DNA of 43,823 nucleotides from Seison nebaliae (Eukaryota): NCBI GenBank assembly GCA_023231475.1, contig JALJEE010001001.1, positions 1 to 43,823 of the forward strand, read 5' to 3'. Shown piece by piece: positions 1 to 11,566 of this stretch (position 1 is its first letter; each line of letters starts with the position of its first letter). The notes under the pieces were generated by a model. It saw only the letters and a program-made list of their open reading frames with translations, ran no database searches and was not told where the DNA came from. The position numbers and the translations under genes were made by a program.

Positions 1-1
1 A

Positions 2-1480
2 ATAACCGTTCTATTCTGTCGTGCTCGACGAGAGAATCGTAATTTGAAAAAGATGTTGGAAGCTAAAGGGAAATTTGATCCTAATCTACCTTTGAATTTA
101 CAACCCGATGCTCTCGAATACGATAGTAACATTGAAATCGATAGAGATAATATACGTCTAGGAGAAGAATTGGGATCAGGTCAATATGGACTTGTACTAA
201 TCGGATACTTGAATGAAAATCGTGGAAAGAAGAAGAAGAGAAAGGGAAGAAAGAACGAAACAAAAGTTGCCGTTAAGAAATTGAAAGAAACGGCAGACAA
301 AGATGAAGTAACGTCGTTAATTCGAGAACTAAAATTAGCGTCTCGAATAGAACATCATCCCAATATCGTTAACATTTTAGGTGGTGTCACTCGTGTCTCA
401 AAGTCGAATGAAGTTTTAGTTGTTATGGAATTTTGTGAATTGGGTTGTCTAAAGGATTTGTTGCGAGTTTATAATCGATATATCGAATCGGGTTACAAAG
501 TGGATCAGGAAGAGAAAGAAGATGATGAGAAAACGAAACTGTTGAAAAATCAGCTAAATTATTTTGATTCTTCAATGATGAAACGTGTCGATCTGTTACA
601 AATGGCATTAGAGATTGCTTCTGGTATGAAATATTTAACTTCAGTAAAAATTACACATCGCGATTTAGCTGCTAGAAATGTGCTCGTCACAAGTGAATTT
701 CAGATGAAAGTGTGCGACTTGGGATTAGCTCACTATGGACATACTGACAAGAATTATTTTGTTGAGAAATTAGCAGACGAAGCATTACCTGTGAAATGGA
801 TGAGTCCGGAAGCGATCTTTGAAACGGAATATGGAGAGAAATCTGATGTTTGGTCATTCGGAATTGTTCTTTGGGAATTATACACTTTAGGAGTCGATCC
901 ATATCCTAATGATCCATCTAGTTTGAAATTGTTAAATTTAATTCGACGAGGATATCGTCATAGTAAACCGATTCTTATGAATCGAAAATTATACGACTTG
1001 ATGACTGATTGTACTGCTGGGGATTCGTTGGATAGACCAACCTTTGCAGAAGTAGTCGAAAGACTTCAACATTACAAAATGGGATTGACGTCAGATAAAG
1101 AATCGAATGAACCGATAAGAGAATCGATACAATTCGTTCCGGAAGATGTTTTCATCAATTATCCCAAATTCAGCGTGTTCAAAGATTATAATTCTAATCT
1201 TGATACTCATGTGACTCCAACTGGACATGAATCGGTAAGTTCCGCTGACAGTTATATGCAACCAGTAAATCAGAAGCGAACAATTCCTACGATGAATAAT
1301 GATCAACCAATTAATCAGTCAAATCTTCGTTCTCCTAAACGAGAAGATTCCGCATATATGTCTGATAATCCTTATACATCTTCTATCAGATCATCTGAAA
1401 CTAAAAGTAATCCGACATATGTTACAGGAATTATTGATCGACAAGCACCACCAACTCTACCGCCAAAAGATTACAATTAA
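2..1480 (+). CDS. Receptor tyrosine kinase, PVR/VEGFR/PDGFR-like; cytoplasmic part, 5' end outside the window
   Basis: Frame is open from base 2: end of a TM helix (ITVLFC), stop-transfer RARR, then PVR/VEGFR-like juxtamembrane FDPNLPLNLQPDALEYDSNIEIDRDNIRLGEELGSGQYG. Kinase motifs VAVKKL, HRDLAARN, DLG (in place of DFG), PVKWMSPE and SDVWSFGIVLWE. Tyr-containing low-complexity tail. Confidence 0.9.
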   Translation: MTVLFCRARRENRNLKKMLEAKGKFDPNLPLNLQPDALEYDSNIEIDRDNIRLGEELGSGQYGLVLIGYLNENRGKKKKRKGRKNETKVAVKKLKETADKDEVTSLIRELKLASRIEHHPNIVNILGGVTRVSKSNEVLVVMEFCELGCLKDLLRVYNRYIESGYKVDQEEKEDDEKTKLLKNQLNYFDSSMMKRVDLLQMALEIASGMKYLTSVKITHRDLAARNVLVTSEFQMKVCDLGLAHYGHTDKNYFVEKLADEALPVKWMSPEAIFETEYGEKSDVWSFGIVLWELYTLGVDPYPNDPSSLKLLNLIRRGYRHSKPILMNRKLYDLMTDCTAGDSLDRPTFAEVVERLQHYKMGLTSDKESNEPIRESIQFVPEDVFINYPKFSVFKDYNSNLDTHVTPTGHESVSSADSYMQPVNQKRTIPTMNNDQPINQSNLRSPKREDSAYMSDNPYTSSIRSSETKSNPTYVTGIIDRQAPPTLPPKDYN

Positions 1481-1651
1481 TCTTCTATATTGATTTCGAT
1501 CATTTTTTCACAGAATCTTTCTTCCTTACATGCTTTGAAATTTTTGCAATTATTTTGTTTCTTTCAAATAAATTTTACTTTTGATTCGAACGATAATATT
1601 AGATGAAATAATTTCTCCTTAGATAAGACAAAAAGGTTCTGAAAATGAAAT

Positions 1652-2827
1652 TCATGTTATCTTGGACGTTTTATGTTTCTTGTTTAATGTATTTGTATTA
1701 GGAGCATCGTTTGATTTTGTCGATGATTTCTTGTCATTAATTGTACCATCTTCATAAAAATCAAACAAAGTTTAAATGAAAAAAGAAAAATTTGAAACTT
1801 TTGCGAGGTTTCTTTCCTTTCTTATCCAGAACATTCGTTGACAGATTACGTACGAAATCTTCCGTTAGCAATTTCTCATTAATGATGAGTGGTTTATACT
1901 CAGCGACAACTTGATCATTGGCAATGGAAACTAGAGAAAATAAATGATATAATTGAAAAAATAAGAGAATGTAAACTAACAATTAGCGGACAATAAAATC
2001 AAAATTTCACGATCCTCTACTAAATCTGACATATATTTCTTAATGTTCAATTCTTTATATTTTTCAATATGTTCCAATGTTATATTGTGATTAGGATGTC
2101 GATCATCATCTCGTCTTCTACTACTGGCACGACCATTAGTGCGTAACGATGCTGGAGTTGTCGTTCCTTTCGATTTATTCTCATTATTTATTGATAAACT
2201 GCTGCTATTATTGTTATTGTCGGAATTAGAAGAATTATTCGATTCCAGTTGTTGTTGTTGTTGAAGTTTTTCTTGTTGTTCGAGAAAAAGTCGATGTTGT
2301 TCTTGATAAAGAATTAAATTAACATTTTTTGGACTGCCGTCAATTGTGCAGAAATCTAAGGTAATGTCATTCATTTCATTATTAATTTCTTTCATTTTCG
2401 TAACAGTATCACTTATGCTACTATCAGAATCAGTTTCATCACCTGAATGATTTCCAATCAAATAAGTGTCTTCGAACATTCTATTATTATCATTATTCAA
2501 GTTTATGGAAACTGTTGATTGAATGGCAAGATTAGACAAGTTGCCTTGAGATTCAATCGGCGTTTTTTCCTTCTTTGTACGTCGTGCACCACGTTTACCA
2601 GCAACACCAGCGTGTAATTGATTTACACCTTCGTTATTTAAATTCGAAGTGGATTGGTCAGAAATTAAATTTTTCATCGAATTATTTTTCAATTGATCTT
2701 TCTCATTCGGATGATCCACCAAATATTTAAGATAAACTTTTTTGAGAATATGGATAAAATTAGAACAAAGACAATCGGCATTCAGATGAACCGATTCGTC
2801 ATCTCCAAATAATATTGTGACGAACAT
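1652..2827 (-). CDS. CXorf65/C22orf15-like protein with long low-complexity insertions (3 exons)
   Basis: N-terminus MFVTILFGDDESVHLNADCLCSNFIHILKK resembles the CXorf65/C22orf15 family. Introns 1931-1980 (50 nt) and 1750-1798 (49 nt), both GTT..AG, join ORFs 1976..2827 and 1761..1982 and a last exon ending TGA at 1652-1654. Confidence 0.65.
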
Positions 2828-2869
2828 TCGATTAATAAATATTTACCGGTCGAAATAAATTAATACTTA

Positions 2870-3160
2870 CAAATCTTGATTTTACATTCCAATGTCAAAA
2901 TTTCGATAACTTTTTTGAAGTGTGCCTATCCATCTAACTCTGTGTTGGCATGACAACTACAAACTAATTTCTTTCCCATGAAATGAGATTTTTTCAACAT
3001 TACGCATCATCACCATTTCTTTCACACGTAGCAGAAAAGGCCAAGAATGTTTTCTGTTCAACAATCCTTCATCGACCATAAACATATCAACTTTAGTGCA
3101 GAACATGTAAAATGATTTCTGTACAATCGTTTCTTTCATTTAAATTACTCTCATTTACTT
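2870..3160 (-). pseudogene. Possible decayed hAT (Charlie/ZBED5-like) transposase fragment
   Basis: One minus frame with many stops reads LNERNDCT..YVYG..E..FLAF..TCERNGDD..NLISWER..FVVV. This is collinear with the hAT pattern LDESTD..YVD..EEFL..TTTGED..NLSWDK..GVCTDG. Matched by eye only. Confidence 0.3.
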
Positions 3161-3697
3161 CAGTTTAACAAGAGCACAAGAATTTTGAAAAGGTACATAT
3201 CGAGCGATGAATAAAATATGAGGAACTTTCAATTCGTTTTCAGTTTTGATCTACGACGTTATAGTTCGTTACATATCCTTATTCCTGATAAATAAATTAT
3301 ATATTATACATAAAACATTTAACAGGAGTAATAACAGAACAAGAGAGCAGGAATACCTAAAATAGTTAATATGGAGAAACAATCAATTAAATAAACTTTC
3401 GTGCCATACAATATTGTTTTAAAATATTCATTCCCGCCACTTATGCTATATGTCTTTATTTATGTCTTACAAGTTAGTTATGTAAGATGGATGAAGATAT
3501 TTTGTGATATCTAAAGTTATAAAAACTGTTTAATAGAATCAAAATTAAAACACTTGTTCTATGAAACATGATAACAGGTAGATTACTCTAAGTTTCTATT
3601 ATATCATTTCTAACATTATATTCAACAAAATTTTAAAACTTCTATCGCATTTTTTTTAAATTCAAGTAACTTTCACTTCATTCACGTTCTAATAAAA

Positions 3698-3989
3698 ATG
3701 GAAAAAGGAAAATCCCTATCAACTGAAGAGAAAGCAAAGATAGAAACGTATATTGATGCCAATATATCAGTAGCGGACATTGCGTGGAAATTAGGTCAAA
3801 GCTTTACTGTGATCTTACAATGGAATGTTAGGAATGTGAATAATCTTCTTAAAATATATATGTGATAATTTTCTTAGAAATAAGGAGAATTATGGGACTA
3901 ATATGAAACGGACAGTAAGACATAAGTCAATTTGTGTTAAAACTGAAAGATCAATCTGTAAAGAAGCGCTTAACACCAGAAACTCTTGA
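3698..3989 (+). pseudogene. Tc3-like (Tc1/mariner) transposase relic, N-terminal HTH DNA-binding region
   Basis: MEKGKSLSTEEKAKIETYIDANISVADIAWKLGQSFTV, then a ~50-bp interruption with frame change, then NFLRNKENYGTNMKRTVRHKSICVKTERSICKEALNTRNS*. Collinear with C. elegans Tc3A MPRGSALSDTERAQLD..YLKDPVSYGTSKRAPRRKALSVRDERNVIRAASNS. No DDE domain seen. Confidence 0.7.
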
Positions 3990-4424
3990 AGAGGCAGGCG
4001 GCTCATTGGGAAATGAAGAAGACGAAGATTGACTGCCAGAAACAGATGGGCCGGAGATCTTCATGGAAATATCGGATTTCTTATTGGCGAATTCAATGCA
4101 TCGGTCCGAGAGAAAATTGTTAGTTGATGAAGAGAAGAAAAATGGACGAATCTGAGTTCTTTCCGGCCAAAGAAAGTTATGTCTGAAATCTGTTCTTTAG
4201 TTTACTGTTTTGAAATATATAATTTAATTTAATATCATTCTCATTTCTATTGATCGACACTTTCCACTATCTTATCAAAATAAATCAAATATCATTGAAC
4301 AATTTACATGTGACGACTGAAGTTATGATAAGGGTATAAATGATAGGTTAACTTTAAATACGGGACGAAGTGAAAAGTCGTTTGTTTGGTGAATTTCTTC
4401 TATTTCTCATTTGTCAAATTCGTA

Positions 4425-4853
4425 ATGATGTACAAATTTATTCTAATTTGTTGCTTTTTCAATCAATTATTTATGGGTTTTATTTTTGAAACTTTTATCT
4501 CAAACTTCTTTCATTAGGACAAGTTCAAGGAAGAGTTAAATTTTGTTATATTGAATTTAATCATAAACTTTATGGCGATTATTGTGAACCGGGTAACGAT
4601 GTGTTTTGCAAAGTTTTTTTTCTTCTTCTTCTTCCTTTGTGAATGTCCATCGCAGAGCATTAATGGGAAGGCGGATGGTTGTTCTGCAATTTGTCCCCGA
4701 AGTTCATTAAAAGATTCTACGCCTTCAGTACCTATACCAATGGAAGGTGATTACTGTTGTGACAAAAATTACTGCAATTCTGCGCAACAATATCGATTTG
4801 GATACACCACTTTATTATTGTCCGTATATTTTGCAAGAAGAATTTTCATTTAA
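4425..4853 (+). CDS. Ly6/uPAR (three-finger) protein, secreted and probably GPI-anchored, 114 aa, 3 exons
   Basis: Exons 4425-4476, 4518-4612 and 4656-4853 (introns 41 and 43 nt, GTT..AG) give MMYKFILICCFFNQLFMGQVQG-RVKFCY..YCEPGNDVFCKSINGKADGCSAICP..YCCDKNYCN-SAQQ..TTLLLSVYFARRIFI. Signal peptide, 8 mature Cys with the terminal CCxxxxCN motif, hydrophobic tail. Confidence 0.8.
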
Positions 4854-5230
4854 AAATATTTGATTGATTGGTTGATCTGAAGTTTTGGAGAGTGATTTGT
4901 TCTGAAATAGGAAGATATGTAGAATAATAGTTATTAATAAACTCAAATTCTATTATTTTTATTAATGAAAAAGATTTTCTTTATGGAATATAATAAAAAA
5001 AACAAAAAATTGAAATATAATTCTATAAAATATGAAAACTCTATAAAATTTTATTTGTTCTAAATTCGGTGTTAATTATATCATGCGATGATTCAATGAA
5101 ATCATATATCTTTGAACAGTATGGTGTTGATGATTAATTTCCAAGGAGATAATTTTCTTTCGTTTATTGCACGTTTTTCCTCCATCAAATTTTTTTCTTT
5201 ACGAAAATTTCTTTAGAATTTCTTTGAAAA

Positions 5231-8200
5231 ATGAATATGTATATTTTCGGATTATCTTTCTTATTTCTTCCAATATCTCCACTTCATTCAATGACTACAA
5301 TGATGTGTCCTTTCAATGATTTGACACAGGACATAAATTCCTGCGGAACGAAGAAAGATGTGATAAATATCGGTTTCCTTCTTTTCTTCTCTCAAGGCGA
5401 AAGTGAATAAATTTATTTTAGTTCTTTTGGTTGATAATGATGATGACGCCGTATATTATAAGAAGAATTATTTCGATTTGGGAAATCCGATAATTTATGG
5501 ACAATTCAGTGGAATAGGCAGCAGAATTTTATGTAATCTTGGTGCCAGAATTATTCCAATGACTAAACAACAACGTTTAATTTTTCTGGAATTATTCAAA
5601 TTGAAATCAGATTTCTCAAATTCAGTGACTGATCTGTCGAATAATGATTGTCCGGTTCACAGTATTCTCGATTACCGCCATGAAATTTATTTGACGAGAA
5701 AGAAATGGCCAGTCGGATGTGAATTTGATAAATCAGTTTACAAACATTTGAAAGGAAGACAATTATTATCCATCGAAAGTATTAACGTAATTGAAAATTG
5801 TGATACTTTGATTCACTCTCAAGTCTCATTTTTTAAAGTTTCTCATTTCCCCCATCGTTTCTCGTTTCAGTTAAATCAAAAAAGTTTCTTTTATTTAATG
5901 AGACATTTTTTTGAGAATATTGCCAATCAACGATGGTCGATATATGATATCTTGTTAAAACTCGAATAGAATTTTATTTTGAAACTGGTTTTTCTTTTTA
6001 GAGATGCGACAGAAGTGGCAAATCCGAATGATTTAGAATATGTAACATTCATTTTCGATGACACTTACGGTTTACTTTTAATAGGACGGATTAGTGAAAA
6101 AATAATTTTAAAAGAGAATTCTATGATGTGTGAGAGATTCTCTTTAAACTGTCCGAAAAAGATGAGTCGATTTGTCCGCTTCTCCCAAAGCATGGACGTG
6201 GATGATCTCAAGAGAATTATGGTGACGAAAAATGATGAAAATCTCGAATCAATTGGAAATAGGAAACTAATCCTGTTAGATACAGATTGGCCCTCAGCAT
6301 TCACTTACCAAATCCAAGTAGTTGTTTTAACGAGCGCGAACAATATGTACGAAACGGTTATGCCGGTTCTCAGTGAATTATTGGAGGATTCCTCTGTATT
6401 TTATATGAACAAGCAACATAGTGAATTGGTAGTGAAATTTGCTGACGGTTCTAGTTCCGTGCCACTTTCTTTACTCTCCATCAATGATACACACTTGATT
6501 ACTGCATCGCATATCGATATTTCCTATCACTACAAATTTATTACTTATGTTGGTTTTTTTTTGGCTTACCGTTTCGTAATAGAGAGAGCAAATGTAAAAA
6601 TATTAAAATTCACTTCTGTAAATTATTTGGATAATAGCATAATAATTGTTTTGGTTTTAGAGTAATGAGCTAGAGTAAGATATAATACTAGCTAGAGTGA
6701 TATATACATTTGGTTTTCTTTCAAGAAGTTTCATTAAAAAAATCATAAAAATTCCATGTATTTATGGTATATGTTAAATAGGAAGAATAGGACAGAATTG
6801 TCATTTGTATGGTATTTAAGATTAAATAATTAATTTGTTCTTTAATAAGGATACGATAATATTTGAAGGAAGTGAAATGAAATTGAGAGAACGGATGAAC
6901 GAAATCGCTAATCAGTTATCTGTGAAATGTAAACAAGCTTTATCGGTTTTGGCGAATGAAAAAATTTCGGAAAAAGTCAAAATACTCTTCGACAACACAG
7001 GTGTTCTATATCATTTGAGTAGAGCACCAGTTCAGGATCGTAGTTTGTTCTTTTCCGATCTATCCCAATCCAAATTCCAAACTTATTATTTCTCGATCAA
7101 TCGAACTAATCAATTATTTGTGGGCGACAATGAATATATGATGGTATATTTCTCTAATAAAATTATATTATAAAATAATATTTCTTACTTAAAATCATCT
7201 CGATTTTCTTCCGTTCTTTTTTCAACTGCTAGTTGGACGACATTTTCCGATCGTTAGCATTTCTAGCACATCGGGAAATTCTCAGTCATGGAAAAGTGAA
7301 TAGTCATCAAAGAAACAACACATTTTATCTGGTAGATATTATTTCTTTTCATCTCTAACCAAACTAACTTTTTAGATTAATCAATATTCAAAGGCGCCAA
7401 AAGTAAGTCGAACAATCTTTATGTCAAAATATCCGGCCAGCATGAATTGGAATATCAGTTTTACAACACTCTTTACAGATACGAGACATGTCAACATTCC
7501 TTTCCTTATCATTTAAATCACATCGATTATTTAGCCTTCGATGAGTACGGTGAAGAGAAGACCAGTCTATCAAATCAGAATCGTTCTCGTTATCATCTTT
7601 TCGAATGAATACCGTTCAAATCGTTGTTAATAGTCCGAACCGTTCATTTTCCGATACCGACCAGGTGTTGATGACCCAAAATTGGACCCGAGACCAAAAA
7701 TGGATAAATTGGACCGAGAAAAATATGAAGCTTTGAAAGCGGCGAACGTTCATTTGGGATATCTACTCGAGGCAAAAAGACGTTGTCCAGGTACCGGTAA
7801 TGATCAGTATGCGACTCATGAGGGAGATATTTATTATGGTTTCCTCATCGACATAATGAAACATTTAGAGAAAGTTCTGGAAGTTGATTTTGATCCTTGT
7901 GAGCCGGCCGATCATATGTTCGGTATATATGATGAGGTTAAAGGTGAATGGGGTGGTGCCATGAAGGACATAATCGAAGGAGTTTATCTATTACCATAAT
8001 TTATTTTTTTTAGTTTTTTTTTTAAATATTTTTATTTCACAGAAAGCTGACATAATTATCGCTTCCCTATCCAAAACTACAAGTCGTTCTAACGTCATCG
8101 ATTTTACTGCACAATATTATGATCATTCTGGAATAGTATTATTAGCTGGCAAGAAACAAGTTGACAACACTTTATTTAATTTCATTAAAGGTTTTTTTCA

Positions 8201-9909
8201 ATTAATTTAACGTTCTCTTCAAATTTCTTTCATAGTGTTTGACACGACAGTTTGGATGTACACTGGTATTGCTATCCTTGTTTCTGGGATATTAGCATGG
8301 GCTTTTGAAAAGTTCTCACCACACGCCGAATATAAGACGGTGAATGTGAATAATAAAGAAGAAACGATCGATATGTCGACAACTCATTTATCAGTTCCTC
8401 AAGTAATAGAACCCAGTAACAATAACGGACTGATTACTCAAAGAAGATTTAGTGTTATAAGTCAAAACACGAAGACACAAATAGAAAGACTTGAGAAAGA
8501 AAATCGTTTTACGTTCATGGAGAGTATGTGGTCGATTTTAGGTAGTTTCTTATTGACTGGTTAATATTATTTATTCAAATTTATTTATATATTTATTTCC
8601 GTCAACTTACTCGTTTCTCAATTACAGAGGGACTCCAATACATCTTATCTCCCAGTTCTCTTGTTTATATGACATTCTTCTGGTTTTTTACGGCTATCAT
8701 CATTTCTACTTATCAAGCCAATCTCGCTGCACGCTTGACAGTTTCTCGACTACAAGAAGAGAAAACTTTAAGAGAAATTTTAGTTTTGCCCAATCAAGAA
8801 TTTGTTCTCGAAGGTTTGCAATTTATTCGTCTCAATTTTATGAGATGTGTTTGGTCATATTCAGATAATAGTATCGTTCTCGAATATTTCTATAATATGC
8901 ATCGAATAGAACATTTATTCGCTGACTTTTGGGATTCTCATACAAGTTCCATTTCTCTTATTCTTTCCAGTCGATTCATGATGGATTAGATAAGAATATT
9001 GATGGAAAGTCGAAGAATACGATTTGGGAATATCCAGTGAGAGAAATTTACTCAAAACTATATCAAAATAAAATAAGTTTCCTTCTATTTAATAATAGGT
9101 TGAGTGAATTTCTTCCGAAGGAAAAGTACATAACTTGACAATGTATTTTGATCAGTTAATTTCAAATCGAAGTTTAGGAATGTTCATTGAAACGCCATAT
9201 GCCGAATATCTGATAAGGAAGAATTGCAAATTAGCAATTTATGGTTCGGAGTTCAGTGTCAAATCGTTCGGATTCGGCGTTCGCAAAGGTCTACATTTCG
9301 GCAACGATTTGTTACTTGAGAAATTGTCAGTCAAGTTCAAATTTTCTCAAATACAAATCTTATTCCTTCCGCCCTCAAATAGAATAAGAGAAATGCAAGA
9401 GAATCGCAGTTTAAGTGAATTAAAAAGATTTTGGTGGAATTATAATATCAACGATGATTGTAATCCGTTTCACATGAACGATGATGGAGATAAAGATGAT
9501 ATGACCAGTTCGATCGATATCGATGTTAATTTTTATTTATCATTCCTCTCAAATTAATCATCTCAATTATTCTACAGACAGTAGGCGGTACTTTTATTCT
9601 ATTAGGATTTGGCGTTCTTCTCGCATTTCTATTCTGTTTGTTCCAATTATTCTATATGAAATATATAGCAGCATCATATCATCAATGGTTCAGTGTCACT
9701 TATATCGTGAAGAGTGCGAAAGAATTTTATCAGTTATTATAATTCACTTCTTCATTTAAAGTAACTGACTTGTGAATTACAGAAAATGGAAACAAAATCG
9801 GAAAGAAAATTTGGAGAAACCTAAACTGAGAGTCATCAGCGTGGGTGCTAAGAATGATAATATTATTAACGCATTTCAATCTCCAAATCATCTTGAAACG
9901 TACGAGTAA
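5231..9909 (+). CDS. Ionotropic receptor, IR25a/IR8a co-receptor type (iGluR family) with N-terminal domain, about 18 exons
   Basis: Spliced product has a signal peptide and a long ATD. S1: YQIRIVLSEPFI..GFLIDIM..EWGGAMKDII..SRSNVIDFTAQYYD. Then M1, FTFMESMW, M3 IIISTYQANLAARLTVSRL, the IR25a/8a-type S2 insert YFYNMHRIEHLFADFW..TIWEYPVREIYSKLYQ, ELKRFWW and M4 TVGGTFILLGFG. Frame is kept across introns (e.g. 5373-5421, 5954-6001, 6549-6849, 7982-8042, 8191-8235, 8560-8627, 8946-8989, 9077-9120). Stop TAA at 9907-9909. Confidence 0.85.
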
Positions 9910-9918
9910 CAATGTTGT

Positions 9919-10093
9919 CCCTACAGTACAAAAAAAAAGTTTTCAACGTTGATTTGCGGGAAAAGGTTGTTATTAGCAGAAATCAACCTAATTGTTCATA
10001 TTTGCGAAAAAAAACCTAATTTCAACCTTATTTATCTGGTTGATTTAACTTAAAATCAGAACGTTGATTCAACGTAAATTTTGTACAGTAGGA
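9919..10093. mobile_element. MITE-like non-autonomous DNA element (175 bp) with TIRs and a 2-bp TSD
   Basis: Left end CCCTACAGTACAAAA, right end TTTTGTACAGTAGGA (inverted, 2 mismatches). Flanked by GT on both sides. Internal repeated TCAACGTTGA/TCAACCT motifs. Confidence 0.6.
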
Positions 10094-10498
10094 GTGTGTC
10101 TTTTAAAATTAGTCAACCATTGGGAAGAAATTCTTAAATGTTGCCCAAATTCTTAAAACTATTAACACTATATTGACAAATAAAAACTGAATTATAATAT
10201 ATATTATAGTTAATCAGTTAATATTTTTAATTATTATTAAAATATTTTCCCACAATTTTTTCACTTTTCATATTTTAGCTGTATTAGCCATAAGCTTACT
10301 GGTTTAAAAAAACACGAAACATCGAATTGCATTTCATGTAAATATAACAATACCCTCATAGTGGCGATGGTACTGATGGTCTAGCCTATATTGCTAATGA
10401 TAAAAAAGAAGCGTTAAATGGGCGAAAACGTTAAATTTTCGAAGTTATCTTACAATTGTTTCTTAATAAGAATTGTTCATTTCTTCTTTTTAACTTGT

Positions 10499-11566
10499 TT
10501 AAACTTCCACTAAGATCGGGAATAATCTATTTCGAAGTACTTCATAAAGTAACATGTAACGTAACATATATGAATCATCATCGTGGAATTTAGGGATTAT
10601 TTTATTCGTAATATATTTGATATTGAGAAGGAGGAAGAAGCCACAACCCCGTGCTCTTTCTTGTTGTTCTTCACGCATCTTATAATGATCCCAACCAATA
10701 AAATCATCTAAACTTATATTTTTCAGACGTGCTCCATATGGATTCTCGTTAGTTAAACGTTCAAATTTTTCAGAAGAAATCGCCGTTAAGGTTTTATGGA
10801 TAGTCTTCCCGATTGATTTCAATACCCAAGTCTTTAGGGGAAAACTAAGAAGTGGCACTGAGTCGATATGATAAGTGTATTGTTTTTCTAAGTCGATTAA
10901 TATTAGATATAAATGGACATCATCCAATACCTGGAAACCGATGAATCTATGAAATAAGACTGGATAAATCTTGTCAATTTTATCCGAAATGTCCTCATAA
11001 TCTTGCGCTAAGTCGTGAGGATTCAAGAGATCATTTGGACTAAAATATATATTGTAAATTGATAATGAAAGAAATGGAAACAGATTTAGAAAAGCAATAT
11101 CGATTTCTTTCCGTTGATCGATCAATTTACCATAAGTCGACCAAAATAAATCATGAAATTGATGTACGCCTCCTTCCGCCAAAGCCATAGACAAACCATC
11201 CCAATTGTCCGCATTTGAATTGGGATATAACAATCCATATAATGCTTTCTCTAATCATCAACGATTATACATATTTTAATCAATAACTTATTTAAACTTA
11301 TAGGCACACCGATATCTCTCATAATCTGACCTGGTAGGATTTTGTCCTTTTCAAGCTCCATAAACTCCTTTACGATTTCCAAATAAGGCACTTTTCCTAA
11401 AATTTATTTTCCGTCATGTTATTTATAAGAAATTATTTTGTATTCAACCTATAATAGCTGTTTGTATAGCTTCACCCGATTTATTATATTGTTCGAAGTT
11501 AATCGTGTACAAAGAATAACAGCACAAGGGAATTGCAACTAAAAAAAAACATAAAATACTTTTCAT
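10499..11566 (-). CDS. Ulp1/SENP-like (clan CE, C48-type) cysteine protease with N-terminal signal peptide, copy A
   Basis: Exons 11566-11449, 11396-11298 and 11250-10499, with a probable extra in-frame intron at 11040-11081. Starts MKSILCFFLVAIPLCCYS. Catalytic pattern VHLYLILIDLEKQYTYHIDS..QQERARGCGFFLL..KY.. matches Ulp1 H..D..Q..CG. Confidence 0.7.

Noticed and set aside
3990..4170. Possible RTE-type LINE 3' fragment (GRRLIGK*RRRRLTARNRWAGDL..REEKW)
   Set aside because: Similarity is too short and degenerate to support without a search.
8933..8970. Apparent frameshift or non-canonical GA-AG intron in the IR gene
   Set aside because: A standard 44-nt GTT..AG intron at 8946-8989 restores the frame, so no non-canonical site is needed.
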